Positions 8,056-17,303 of a stretch of 32,000 nt of DNA are shown in pieces. Both the position numbers and the translations under genes were made by a program. This stretch comes from Telmatocola sphagniphila (GTDB lineage Bacteria > Planctomycetota > Planctomycetia > Gemmatales > Gemmataceae). The notes below the pieces were generated by a model. The model ran no database searches and had not been told where the DNA came from. It was given only the letters and a program-made list of their open reading frames with translations. The stretch is taken from NCBI RefSeq assembly GCF_018398935.1, contig NZ_CP074694.1:5190001-5222000 (forward strand). Reading direction: 5' to 3'. The stretch's first letter is position 1. Each line of letters begins with the position of its first letter.

Positions 8056-9348
8056 ATGGCTCGACGTCGGGTAGTGGTGACGGGTGTGGGGATGATTACC
8101 CCAATCGGTCATACGGTTGAAGAAACCTATCGCAACCTCTGTGAAGGCGTCAGCGGCGTCGATCTCATTAAGCACTTTGATGCAAAGACTTTTCCAACCA
8201 AATTTGCAGCCGAAGTAAAAAATTATGACCTCGGCAAATACGTCAAGGATGTCTCCAAGTACGATCAGTCGGGACTGAATACCCGGTTCGCACTCGGCTC
8301 GGCCTTTCAGGCTCTGTCGGATGCCAATTTAATCGACAATCATTCGATCGATCGGTTGGACATCGGCGTTTATCTCGGCTCGGGGGAAGGCAGCCACGAT
8401 TTTCATCATCTGGTGGAATCGACGGGGAAGTCGGTCGACGAATCGATGAAGCTGAACGTCCAGAACTATTTCCACTCCGCCCTTCAGACTCTGAAGGGGA
8501 AGCGCGAATACGAAATGGAAATGCACACCACGGCCGGTCATCTGGCGGAAGAGTTCGATCTGCAAGGTCCGAACTACACCTGCTTGACCGCTTGTGCTGC
8601 CAGTAGCCAGGCCGTCGGCGAGGCCACCGAGCTGATCCGTCGTGGCGATGCGAAAATCATGTTGAGCGGGGGTTCCCATTCCATGATCCATCCGTTCGGG
8701 GTCACGGGGTTCAACCTGCTCACGGCTCTTTCGACGCACAATACGGATCCCAAGAAGGCCAGCCGACCGTTCGATCTGACCCGGGATGGCTTCGTTTTGG
8801 GGGAAGGTTCCGGCATGGTGGTGCTGGAAGAACTCGAGCACGCCAAAAAACGCGGAGCTCCCATCTATGGCGAAATCACCGGATATGGTACGACGGGCGA
8901 TGCCTATCGCATGACTGATAGCCCGCCGGACGGCCGGGGAGCAGTGGCTAGCATTCGGATGGCATTGAAAGATTCGGGTTTTGGTTTGACTGACATCGAC
9001 TACATTAATGCTCACGGAACGAGCACTCAGGTAAACGATTCTTCAGAAACTATTGCCGTGAAGACGGTTTTTGGCGAACAAGCTTATAAAATACCGATGA
9101 GCAGCAACAAAAGTATGCACGGACATTTAATTGCTGCTACGGGCGTGGTAGAAATGATCTCGAGTTTGATGACGATCCGGCATGGCGTGCTGCCGCCGAC
9201 GATCAATTATCAGACCCCCGATCCGGAGTGCGATTTGGATTACGTGCCCAATGTGGCCCGGCAGAAGCCGGTGAAAAATGTTCTAAGTAACAGTTTCGGC
9301 TTCGGTGGTCAGAACATTACCTTGATCATCAGCCGATTCGATAAGTGA
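8056..9348 (+). CDS. Beta-ketoacyl-ACP synthase, FabF/KAS II-like, with an intact Cys-His-His triad
   Basis: 430 aa. Motifs present: RRVVVTGVGMITPIG, LTACAASSQAVGEA (Cys), YINAHGTSTQVND (His), NKSMHGHLIAATG (His), and NSFGFGGQN. Confidence 0.9.
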   Translation: MARRRVVVTGVGMITPIGHTVEETYRNLCEGVSGVDLIKHFDAKTFPTKFAAEVKNYDLGKYVKDVSKYDQSGLNTRFALGSAFQALSDANLIDNHSIDRLDIGVYLGSGEGSHDFHHLVESTGKSVDESMKLNVQNYFHSALQTLKGKREYEMEMHTTAGHLAEEFDLQGPNYTCLTACAASSQAVGEATELIRRGDAKIMLSGGSHSMIHPFGVTGFNLLTALSTHNTDPKKASRPFDLTRDGFVLGEGSGMVVLEELEHAKKRGAPIYGEITGYGTTGDAYRMTDSPPDGRGAVASIRMALKDSGFGLTDIDYINAHGTSTQVNDSSETIAVKTVFGEQAYKIPMSSNKSMHGHLIAATGVVEMISSLMTIRHGVLPPTINYQTPDPECDLDYVPNVARQKPVKNVLSNSFGFGGQNITLIISRFDK

Positions 9349-9599
9349 GGATCCTGCGGATAATTTGTATTGCGCGGAAAGGATAAAAGTCTTTCCATCA
9401 TTATGACAAGTAATACAAAGACAGAACGTAGACTTGGACTCTCGCGCATGTAAATTGTATAAAGTGAAGAATTCGGGGAGACGTTTTCTCATAAAGAGCC
9501 GACGTCTCCCGGTGAACCGCGTATGGACACCCACACACCTGGCCCACTTGACTCTCGCCGCAGGACGCGTTTCGCCGGTCTTTTTGGAGTGCTTAGCTG

Positions 9600-10619
9600 A
9601 TGAGTTTAGTCTGGTTGGGAATCATCATAGTTTTCGCACCACCCGCCGTGGCTTTTTTGCTCGTCATGGCGATGTTCTATTATGTGAAGACCAAATTCGA
9701 GGGTAAACTCCTACGCATATTCCAGGAAAAGCCTCTTTTCATCATCCCGCGCGGCGACCGGATTGATCGGGCCGAGCAAGTGAACATTCCCACGCAGGAT
9801 GGTGGCAACCTCTGTGGATGTTATCTTAAGAGCGAAGCTCCCGAGCGCAAGGGGGTAATTCTTTTTGGTCTGGAATACGGTTCGAATCGCTGGTCCTGCC
9901 TGCCCTATTGTGAAGAATTGCTCAAAAATGGGTACGATGTTTTCGCTTTCGAACCGCGCGGCCAGGGCGAAAGCTCTGCCATCGCCAACTACAAGCCGTT
10001 GCAATGGCTGACCCGCTATGAACTCGAAGACACCCTGCTCGCCATCGAATATCTCCAGGCCCGGCCCGACGCCGATCCCAACGGCATTGGCTTCTTCGGT
10101 ATTTCCAAGGGGGGAAGTGCCGGTTTGATGGCCGCTTCCCAGCACGCCTACATCCGTTGTGTTGTCACTGATGGGGCGTTCGCCACCGTCGGGACCATGA
10201 TTCCCTACATCCGAAAGTTCGCCAACATCTATAGCAACAACGATATGCTTAAGGACCTGCTGCCCGACTGGTTCTTCAGCATGTTCGCCAAGAGCGGCGT
10301 TCGTCAGCTCGGCAAAGTGCTGCAAGTCGAATACATGCACATCGAACCGGCCATGAAGAAGCTGAAACGGCCGCTGATGATGATTCATGGCGAGAAGGAC
10401 ACTTATATCCGCGTGTCGATGGCCGAAGACCTCTATCGTCGTGCGGCCCAGCCCAAGAAATTCTGGGTTGTTCCCGGGGCTAAGCACAATCAGGCTCTCA
10501 ATGTCGCCGGAGCGGAATATCGCGAAAACGTGAAGGCCTTCTTCGACTACCACCTCGCCGGTATCGAGCCGGGCTCCAAGCCGGTCTCGGTCGATTTGCC
10601 GGATAACGTGAGCTTGTAG
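9600..10619 (+). CDS. Membrane-anchored alpha/beta hydrolase
   Basis: 339 aa with an N-terminal TM helix (LVWLGIIIVFAPPAVAFLLVMAMFYYV). It has the nucleophile elbow GISKGG, then HGEKDTYI (Asp) and GAKHNQ (His) in the usual order. Confidence 0.75.
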   Translation: MSLVWLGIIIVFAPPAVAFLLVMAMFYYVKTKFEGKLLRIFQEKPLFIIPRGDRIDRAEQVNIPTQDGGNLCGCYLKSEAPERKGVILFGLEYGSNRWSCLPYCEELLKNGYDVFAFEPRGQGESSAIANYKPLQWLTRYELEDTLLAIEYLQARPDADPNGIGFFGISKGGSAGLMAASQHAYIRCVVTDGAFATVGTMIPYIRKFANIYSNNDMLKDLLPDWFFSMFAKSGVRQLGKVLQVEYMHIEPAMKKLKRPLMMIHGEKDTYIRVSMAEDLYRRAAQPKKFWVVPGAKHNQALNVAGAEYRENVKAFFDYHLAGIEPGSKPVSVDLPDNVSL

Positions 10620-10629
10620 GAAAGCGGTA

Positions 10630-10662
10630 AGCTATCAGCTATCAGCTATCAGCTATCAGCTA
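10630..10662. repeat. Perfect heptanucleotide tandem array (AGCTATC) x ~4.7
   Basis: Read directly: agctatc agctatc agctatc agctatc agcta. It starts 11 nt after the stop of the hydrolase gene. Confidence 0.95.
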
Positions 10663-10752
10663 GAAGATCGGGCTATCATTTTTTGTCCGCACGGCGGAAA
10701 TTAGTTCAAATTTTTACCAGCATGGCGTAGAGTAGTTCAAAATGGACTATCA

Positions 10753-10834
10753 AACGCTGAACGCTGAACGCTGAACGCTGAACGCTGAACGCTGAACGCT
10801 GAACGCTGAACGCTGAACGCTGAACGCTGAACGC
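10753..10834. repeat. Perfect heptanucleotide tandem array (AACGCTG) x 11 plus 5 nt
   Basis: I counted eleven exact copies with no degenerate unit. The array ends 20 nt upstream of the ATG at 10855. Confidence 0.95.
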
Positions 10835-10854
10835 CCCCAACTCCCTCTCCACCC

Positions 10855-12312
10855 ATGAAAATTCCACTTCCCAAAAATCGGTCCCTTCGCTGGGGACTGT
10901 TTTTTAGTCTCCTGTGTTTCGGTTTTTATCTAAGCCTGGCTCTGTACCGCTGGAAGATCGGGCGGGATTCGGCCCGGGAACTTCAGGAGATCGTCGAGCG
11001 ACTGAATCGCGAAGATCCGGGTTGGGATTGGGAGTCGTTCGTTAACCGGCCCTGGACGATCCCCGACGACAAAAACAGCTTCACCATTCTGAAACAAATC
11101 TTCATCGCTCCTAAGTTCAAAATCTTAGAAATCGACCCCAATATTCACGATTGGCGCATTCTTCCGGAGAAGATGCCACCGGAGGTCTGCGAGTGGGTCA
11201 GCACGTATCTGAATGATCGTAGGGAGGCTGTCGAGCTCTGTCGAAAGCTGGTGGATTATCCCGAAGGACGACATCGGATCCAGTATTCGGAAGATATCAT
11301 CAGCACCTTGTTACCCACGGTACAGGATACCCGGGTCGTAGCATCTCTCCTGCAGTGGGATATCCGCATGCAGTCCCAGCTGGGAAATTTCGACACCTGC
11401 GTGCAGGACTTGCGCGCGATGCGAAATGCGGCTCGCTCCTTCGGCGATGAAGGTTTCCTGATCGCCGCACTCGTTCGCATTGCCATCGATACCATTTTTT
11501 GTCAAAGCCTTCAGGAAATGCTCTCCCAGGGTGAAACGACGGAAGCGCAACTGGCGTTATTACAAAAGGAACTGGCCGAGGAATTGGCCGATGAATTCCC
11601 CTATCGTTCTTTGCGCTGCGAGCGGGCCATCATGTTTTACATGGTGAAATATTTCGGAGAAAATCTGGGATTGAACAAACAAAGTTTACGGGTACTCAAT
11701 GGCCTCGCTGGGCCTTCCCCCAATGAACCCAACCAATTCCAGTCGGCCTTGTTGACGTTCCGCTATCCCCCCTACGCCAAGGCGGATCAGGCTTATGCTT
11801 TAAAAATGATGACAGCGTATATGGAAGCCTACCGGCTGCCGTTAGAGCAGCGAAACCAAAAATTTGAGGAATTGGATGAGAGTTTCAAAGTCTCTCGAGG
11901 AATGTTTCAAGCCAAAACTTTGCTGACGAACTTACTGTTTCCCAGTGTCAGCAAAATTTATCAACGAAGTGAACCCCGGCGGAAAGCGCTGCTCCGTTGC
12001 ACCCTTCTGAGCATCGCCAGCGAAAGATTTCGTCTGGCCAACAAACGCTGGCCCAAGTCGCTCGAGGAACTTGTACCGAAATTCATTGAAAAAATCGATG
12101 TGGATCCTTACACCGAAACCCCTTTGAAATTTTTGACTCTTCGCGATGGAATCGTCATTTACAGTGTTGGGGAAGACCGCCTCGATGATGGGGGTGCGGT
12201 TTTACCGAATCAAAATCCCAATTTCGAGCGGGGCCAATATGCCCAGGGCAGCAACGGGCTCAGCAAAGATATCGGCTTCCGGTTGTGGAACACGGAGAAG
12301 CGGGGAAGATAG
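10855..12312 (+). CDS. Signal-anchored hypothetical protein with a pseudopilin-like C-terminal motif
   Basis: 485 aa with an N-terminal TM helix (WGLFFSLLCFGFYLSLALY). The C-terminus DPYTETPLKFLTLRDGIVIYSVGEDRLDDGG resembles, by eye, the DPW..P..Y....YS.G.DG..GG tail of GspG-like proteins. Confidence 0.7.
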   Translation: MKIPLPKNRSLRWGLFFSLLCFGFYLSLALYRWKIGRDSARELQEIVERLNREDPGWDWESFVNRPWTIPDDKNSFTILKQIFIAPKFKILEIDPNIHDWRILPEKMPPEVCEWVSTYLNDRREAVELCRKLVDYPEGRHRIQYSEDIISTLLPTVQDTRVVASLLQWDIRMQSQLGNFDTCVQDLRAMRNAARSFGDEGFLIAALVRIAIDTIFCQSLQEMLSQGETTEAQLALLQKELAEELADEFPYRSLRCERAIMFYMVKYFGENLGLNKQSLRVLNGLAGPSPNEPNQFQSALLTFRYPPYAKADQAYALKMMTAYMEAYRLPLEQRNQKFEELDESFKVSRGMFQAKTLLTNLLFPSVSKIYQRSEPRRKALLRCTLLSIASERFRLANKRWPKSLEELVPKFIEKIDVDPYTETPLKFLTLRDGIVIYSVGEDRLDDGGAVLPNQNPNFERGQYAQGSNGLSKDIGFRLWNTEKRGR

Positions 12313-12381
12313 TCACCCAGTTGGGCACTTCCAATTGTTCTCTTCTATATACTCTGCGCCTTAGTATTTTTTCAAATACAT

Positions 12382-12505
12382 TTAACCGCAGAGAACACAG
12401 AGGGCACAGAGCGAAATCCCTCAAATAAAACCAGCGCCGCTCTAACACTTAATTCTGATTTTATTCACGACTCCCCTCTGTGATCTCTGTGTGCTCTGCG
12501 GTTAA
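12382..12505. repeat. Imperfect 30-nt inverted repeat pair separated by 64 nt, between convergent genes
   Basis: Left arm, 12382-12411: ttaaccgcagagaacacagagggcacagag. Reverse complement of the right arm, 12476-12505: ttaaccgcagagcacacagagatcacagag. 27 of 30 positions match. Confidence 0.85.
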
Positions 12506-12530
12506 CTTATTTTGTAACTTTAGACGATTT

Positions 12531-13850
12531 TCAACGAGCATAATCACCCCGCATAAACCCGCTATCCTCCGGCGGATAATACGCAATATTTAAGTCTTCC
12601 ACCTTCTGCACCTGACCCGCTTTTGAACGCGATTCCAACGCATAATCGAGAATGCTGCCCGTCAGTTGCGTGCGCTGCACCGGATAAGTCGGCTTGCCGG
12701 TATCCATGAATTTTTCGACCTGAATCGCCAGAGCTTCCAGGAAGGCCGCGCCGGGAGGCGGTGGAAGCCAGAATAGCGTGCTGACAGGTTTCTCCTGCCC
12801 CGCGAGTTTGGCCGCGAAGGTTTCATCGGCCACATGGCCATCGAGTTGAAGAATCGTCGCTTTCAGGCCATCGTTATACTCGATCAGAAATACCACCGGG
12901 CTCTGATTCAGATCCTTATTGCGGAGGCCGGTCTTCATCCACTGCTGGCAGTTCTCCTTGATATCGCCATTATTTCGGCTACTACTTCGGCTCAGCGCGG
13001 CCTCCAGCAACTTCCAGGACCACTGCCCCGCATCGCCCGCTTTCCAGACCGCATCGCCGACCAGACATTGTACTTTTCGCACCCCCTGGTTCGGTGGGGT
13101 TTCCGCAGGACTCGAAAACCGGCGTTCGACCATGCACTGCAAAGCTTCCAGGGCGTGGATGCCGTAGATTTCCAGCTCGCCCCGCGAAGCGACTAGAGCT
13201 TCTTCCATTTTGGTTCCCAGCGGCAGATCCAGTTCCGGCCGGCGCCAGGTTACGGGCAGACTGCTACCGGCCAACATGGGGAATTTCAATTCCGCAGAGG
13301 TCGCCACCATCTTAGCCGCTTTGTGCCGGTCGTACGACAAGTGCTTGTCGCAGAAAACCGGCACGCTTCGGCCCGATTTGCGAAACACTTCAACAATTTT
13401 CTGAAACATCTCATAACGGGGATAGAGTTTCTGCTGCTTGCCGTTGTAAGGATACTCGCCATGCTCGCAGATCAGCAGCACCCCATCGACGGCCAGTTGC
13501 CCGGTGCCCAAGGTCAGGGCTTCTTCGATGGTCTTGGCCCGTCGGAATTGATGCTTCTTCGACAGATCCCCGCTTAAATCCTCGGCAGGAATCTGATCGA
13601 CGTAGCAACTGGCAATCCCACTACTCGGGAAGTGATACTGACCATCGGGCAGCAGATAGCCGTTGAGAAATCGGCCGCAAATGTGGTAACTGTGCGAAAG
13701 ATATTTATAAACCGAGGTAACCACGGCCAGTTTCTTCTGGGGAGCCTTGGTCCGTTGCGGCGGCTGGCTGCGCGGGGAATCCTCCGCGTGAAGGCCTATC
13801 GGCAGCGTGGTCAGCGAACCCAGGGTCTGCAAAAATGAGCGTCTGTTCAT
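12531..13850 (-). CDS. Tat-signal hypothetical protein
   Basis: Long ORF. I prefer the start at MNRRSFLQTLGSLTTLPIGLHA (a twin-arginine motif) to the upstream ATG at 13898. I recognise no catalytic motif. Confidence 0.7.
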   Translation of the reverse strand: MNRRSFLQTLGSLTTLPIGLHAEDSPRSQPPQRTKAPQKKLAVVTSVYKYLSHSYHICGRFLNGYLLPDGQYHFPSSGIASCYVDQIPAEDLSGDLSKKHQFRRAKTIEEALTLGTGQLAVDGVLLICEHGEYPYNGKQQKLYPRYEMFQKIVEVFRKSGRSVPVFCDKHLSYDRHKAAKMVATSAELKFPMLAGSSLPVTWRRPELDLPLGTKMEEALVASRGELEIYGIHALEALQCMVERRFSSPAETPPNQGVRKVQCLVGDAVWKAGDAGQWSWKLLEAALSRSSSRNNGDIKENCQQWMKTGLRNKDLNQSPVVFLIEYNDGLKATILQLDGHVADETFAAKLAGQEKPVSTLFWLPPPPGAAFLEALAIQVEKFMDTGKPTYPVQRTQLTGSILDYALESRSKAGQVQKVEDLNIAYYPPEDSGFMRGDYAR

Positions 13851-13999
13851 CGGAGAATTCCAATCGGAAGAAGCTTGGCAGGGCATCCATTGAACCAAAC
13901 TGAAGAATAATCTGCCAGCACAGAATCCTTTTGTGGTTCCATTCCATGTCGATTCTTAAAATAGCGACTCGTTATTCGATCACCGCAGGAATACACCCT

Positions 14000-16090
14000 A
14001 TGACGCGCTTCGCGGTTTTTACTCTGACACTTTTCGTGGGCTTAGGAGGCATCACGACCATGCCGGTTTATTCCGATGAAGGTATGTGGCTTTTGAACGA
14101 GCCCCCCACGAGCATTCTTCTGACGAAGTACAATTTTGAACTCACTCCCGAATGGTTGGAGAATGCCCGGCTTTCTTCGATCCGCTTCAACAACGGCGGC
14201 AGCGGTAGCTTTCTCTCGGCCGATGGTCTGATTATCACCAACCATCACATCGGGGCCGACGCCCTGCAGAAGTTGAGCAACAAGGACCGCAATCTGTTCC
14301 GCGACGGCTTCTACGCTAAAAAGCAGTCGGAGGAATTGAAATGCAACGACCTGGAATTGAACGTTCTGCAGGAAATTGTCGATGTCACTCAACAGGTGAA
14401 CGATGCGGTGAAGCCGAACATGAGTCCCGCGGAAGCCTCCGCCGCTCGCCGTGCAGCGATGTCGGCGATCGAAAAGGAATCGACCGAAAAGACCAAGCTT
14501 CGCAGCGATATCGTCACCTTGTATCAGGGCGGAGCTTATCACCTTTACCGCTACAAGAAGTACGTCGATGTCCGGCTGGTGTTCGCCCCGGAAGAGAACA
14601 TTGCCCACTTCGGCGGCGATGTCGATAATTTCGAGTACCCGCGGTTCTGCCTCGATATCTGCTTCTTCCGGGCCTATGAAAACGACAAGCCGGCCCAGGT
14701 CAAGAATTACTTCAAGTTCAATCCCAACGGACCGGTCGAGAACAGTCTGGTATTCGTCACCGGCCATCCGGGCACGACCAATCGTCTGGAAACCTACGAC
14801 AAGCTGATTCACCGCCGCGATGTCACCCTGCCCATCAACCTGTCCCGGCTTCGCATGATGGAAGCGACTTTAACCCAGTACAGCGAAAAAGGGCCGGACG
14901 AACGACGGCAAGCGAACAACGACTTGCGCCGGGTGGCCAATAGCCGCAAAGCGTTCTCCGGCCAGTATGCGGGTCTGCTCGATCCGACCGTTCTCGAAGA
15001 GAAAAAGAAGCAGGAGACCAATTTTCAGCTTCGCGTCAAGTTGGATCAGGGGGAAGAGGAACTCGATAAGTTCCTGAAAGCTCAGAAGCGGATCGCTGAT
15101 ATCCAGAAGGAATTCACAAAATTCGAGAAGGAATACTCGATGCTCGAACGGGGCGATGCATTCACCTCGGAGCTGTTCACTATCGCCCGTCATATCGTGC
15201 GGCTGGCGGAGGAAACGGCCAAGCCGAATTCCGAACGCCTGCGCGAGTATCGCGATTCCAACCTGGAATCGCTGAAGCTCCAGCTGTTCTCCCCCGCCCC
15301 GATCCACAAGGATCTGGAAATCCAGAAATTGACGGCCTCCTTGACCTTCTTCGCTGAAGTCTTCGGCCGGGATGCCCCGATCGTCCAAAAAATCCTCGGC
15401 GGCGCCAATCCGCAGAAGCGCGCCACTTCGATCATCAATCGGTGCAAGCTGTTCGATCCGGAATTCCGCAAAGAGTTGGTCAGTCAGGGAGTTCAGGGTC
15501 TGGATGTGACCAGCGACGATATGGTGCAGCTGGCCCGCATGGTCGATGCCGATGCCCGCACCTTCCGCACCCTGTACGAAGAGGAAGTGGAAGAGCCGGA
15601 ACGGCAGGCTTTCAGCGAACTCGCCAAACTGCGCTTCAAGGCGTTCGGCAAAACGGTCGCGCCCGATGCCACCTTCACACTGCGCATCGCCTTCGGCACT
15701 GTTAAAGGTTACGAAACCGACGCGAAAGAGAATATTCCGTTTCATACCACCTTCGAAGGGCTCTATTCGCGAGCCACTAAGCTGCAGAATCGCGAACCGT
15801 TCGAACTCCCCAAACGCTGGCTCGAAGGCAAATCCAAGCTCGATCTGAAGACTCCCTTCAATTTTGTCTCCACCGCTGATACCATCGGCGGCAATTCGGG
15901 CAGCCCCGTGCTGAACGAAAAAGGAGAGTTCATTGGCATCAACTTCGATCGCAACCGCTACGGTCTGGTTCGCAACTTCCTGTATACCGACGTGCAGGCC
16001 CGGCACATCGCCGTGCACTCGAAGGGAATTCTCGAAGCTTTGAAAAAGCTGTACGACTGCCAGGCGCTCGTCGACGAAATTACCCGTTAA
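14000..16090 (+). CDS. S46 family serine peptidase (DPP7/DPP11-like dipeptidyl-peptidase)
   Basis: After the signal peptide comes DEGMWLLNEPP, the hallmark N-terminus of S46 enzymes. GGSGSFLSADGLIITNHHIG carries the catalytic His, and GGNSGSPVLNEKGEFIGINFD carries the catalytic Ser. A helical insertion domain lies between them. I prefer the start at MTRFAVFTL. Confidence 0.9.
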   Translation: MTRFAVFTLTLFVGLGGITTMPVYSDEGMWLLNEPPTSILLTKYNFELTPEWLENARLSSIRFNNGGSGSFLSADGLIITNHHIGADALQKLSNKDRNLFRDGFYAKKQSEELKCNDLELNVLQEIVDVTQQVNDAVKPNMSPAEASAARRAAMSAIEKESTEKTKLRSDIVTLYQGGAYHLYRYKKYVDVRLVFAPEENIAHFGGDVDNFEYPRFCLDICFFRAYENDKPAQVKNYFKFNPNGPVENSLVFVTGHPGTTNRLETYDKLIHRRDVTLPINLSRLRMMEATLTQYSEKGPDERRQANNDLRRVANSRKAFSGQYAGLLDPTVLEEKKKQETNFQLRVKLDQGEEELDKFLKAQKRIADIQKEFTKFEKEYSMLERGDAFTSELFTIARHIVRLAEETAKPNSERLREYRDSNLESLKLQLFSPAPIHKDLEIQKLTASLTFFAEVFGRDAPIVQKILGGANPQKRATSIINRCKLFDPEFRKELVSQGVQGLDVTSDDMVQLARMVDADARTFRTLYEEEVEEPERQAFSELAKLRFKAFGKTVAPDATFTLRIAFGTVKGYETDAKENIPFHTTFEGLYSRATKLQNREPFELPKRWLEGKSKLDLKTPFNFVSTADTIGGNSGSPVLNEKGEFIGINFDRNRYGLVRNFLYTDVQARHIAVHSKGILEALKKLYDCQALVDEITR

Positions 16091-16213
16091 TTCGCCGTTT
16101 TGCTTCCGTCGCCCTTGAAAGGCCGCGGCCTCTCATTTAGGAAAAATACGATATAGACCGGGCAGAGTTTCTCCCGGCAGAACATCGCCTGATCAGGATC
16201 CGATTCTTAACCC

Positions 16214-17236
16214 ATGTCACGAACACCAGTTATTTTAATTACCGGGGCTTCCGGCGAAATTGGCCACGGTTTGATAGAGCGACTTTCAACCAGCCAGAAA
16301 AAACCGATTGTCACCCTCGACCTGGCGCCACTCGCCCCCGGGTTGAGTTCGAAAGTCCGGCAGCATTACATCGGGTCGATTCTCGATAGCACACTGCTCG
16401 ATCGCATCCTGGCCGAATTCGAAATCGATATGATTTTCCACCTGGCGGCCGTGCTTTCCACCGGGGGGGAATTCGCGCCGCTGGTGGCTCATAAGGTCAA
16501 CGTCGAAGGCACTTTGGCGATGCTGGAATTCGCCCAGCGCGAAGGAGAATCGCACGGCCGCCCCGTAGTGTTTCTTTATCCCTCTTCGATTGCCGCTTAC
16601 GGCATTCCCAATTTGAAAGCGAAGGCCGAAGCGGGTCGCGTTCGGGAAGAGCAGTTCAACACGCCCACCACCATGTACGGCTGCAATAAGCTCTATGGCG
16701 AACATCTGGGGATCTACTACGCCGGGCACTACAAGCAGCTCTCGGAAACTCCGCTGGCAGGTAAGGTCGATTTTCGGGGCATCCGATTTCCCGGTCTGAT
16801 CTCGGCCATCACCCTTCCTTCGGGTGGTACCTCCGACTTTGCACCGGAGATGATTCACGCGGCGGCGCAGGGCAAGCCCTATGCCTGCTTCGTCCGGCCC
16901 GATACTCGCATCCCCTTCATGGCCATGCCCGATGCGATTGAAGCCATGATCAAACTGGCCTTGGCCGATAAATCGAAGCTCTCCCGGCACGTTTACAATA
17001 TCGATGCGTTCAGCCCGACCGCCGAGGATGTCGCAGCCGTGGTTCGCAAGGCTTTTCCCAAAGCGGAACTGTCGACGGTCGTCGATACCAAACGACAGGG
17101 CATCGTCGATACCTGGCCAGCCGAGGTTGATGATTCAACGGCCCGACGCGACTGGGGTTTCGAACCGCGTTACAATTTCACCAAAGCTTTTGAAGAATAT
17201 TTGATTCCGACCATTCACCAGCGTTATGCTGAGTGA
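16214..17236 (+). CDS. NAD-dependent epimerase/dehydratase family protein (L-threonine 3-dehydrogenase-like)
   Basis: 340 aa. It has the Rossmann motif ILITGASGEIGHGL and YGCNKLYGEHLGIYY (YxxxK). Its overall layout resembles the extended-SDR TDH group. Confidence 0.8.
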   Translation: MSRTPVILITGASGEIGHGLIERLSTSQKKPIVTLDLAPLAPGLSSKVRQHYIGSILDSTLLDRILAEFEIDMIFHLAAVLSTGGEFAPLVAHKVNVEGTLAMLEFAQREGESHGRPVVFLYPSSIAAYGIPNLKAKAEAGRVREEQFNTPTTMYGCNKLYGEHLGIYYAGHYKQLSETPLAGKVDFRGIRFPGLISAITLPSGGTSDFAPEMIHAAAQGKPYACFVRPDTRIPFMAMPDAIEAMIKLALADKSKLSRHVYNIDAFSPTAEDVAAVVRKAFPKAELSTVVDTKRQGIVDTWPAEVDDSTARRDWGFEPRYNFTKAFEEYLIPTIHQRYAE

Positions 17237-17303
17237 AGTTGTTAATTGGTAGTGAGATTAAAAGCATACTTTATACTTCCGGTGGGAAGTGAGGGCATCG
17301 AAC

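Noticed and set aside
4262-9348. Interpreting the DH-KR-ACP-DH-KS-KS block as the housekeeping FAS II locus
   Set aside because: Several features argue against it: there is no fabD/fabH/fabI, the ACP is 129 aa with an insertion and an ESI site rather than DSL, one KS lacks the nucleophile, and one DH lacks the canonical Glu. It cannot be fully excluded without the rest of the genome.
9376-9510. Hairpins after the KS gene stop (ggaaag/ctttcc at 9376-9396 and gggagacgt/acgtctccc at 9476-9510) as operon terminators
   Set aside because: The first stem is short and AT-rich. The second has a 17-nt loop. Neither is followed by a U-tract, so they are too weak to call as terminators.
14042-16018. 256-aa and 382-aa ORFs on the - strand (14042-14812 and 14870-16018)
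   Set aside because: They are antisense shadows of the S46 peptidase gene, which carries the family hallmarks DEGMW, TNHH and GNSGSP on the + strand.
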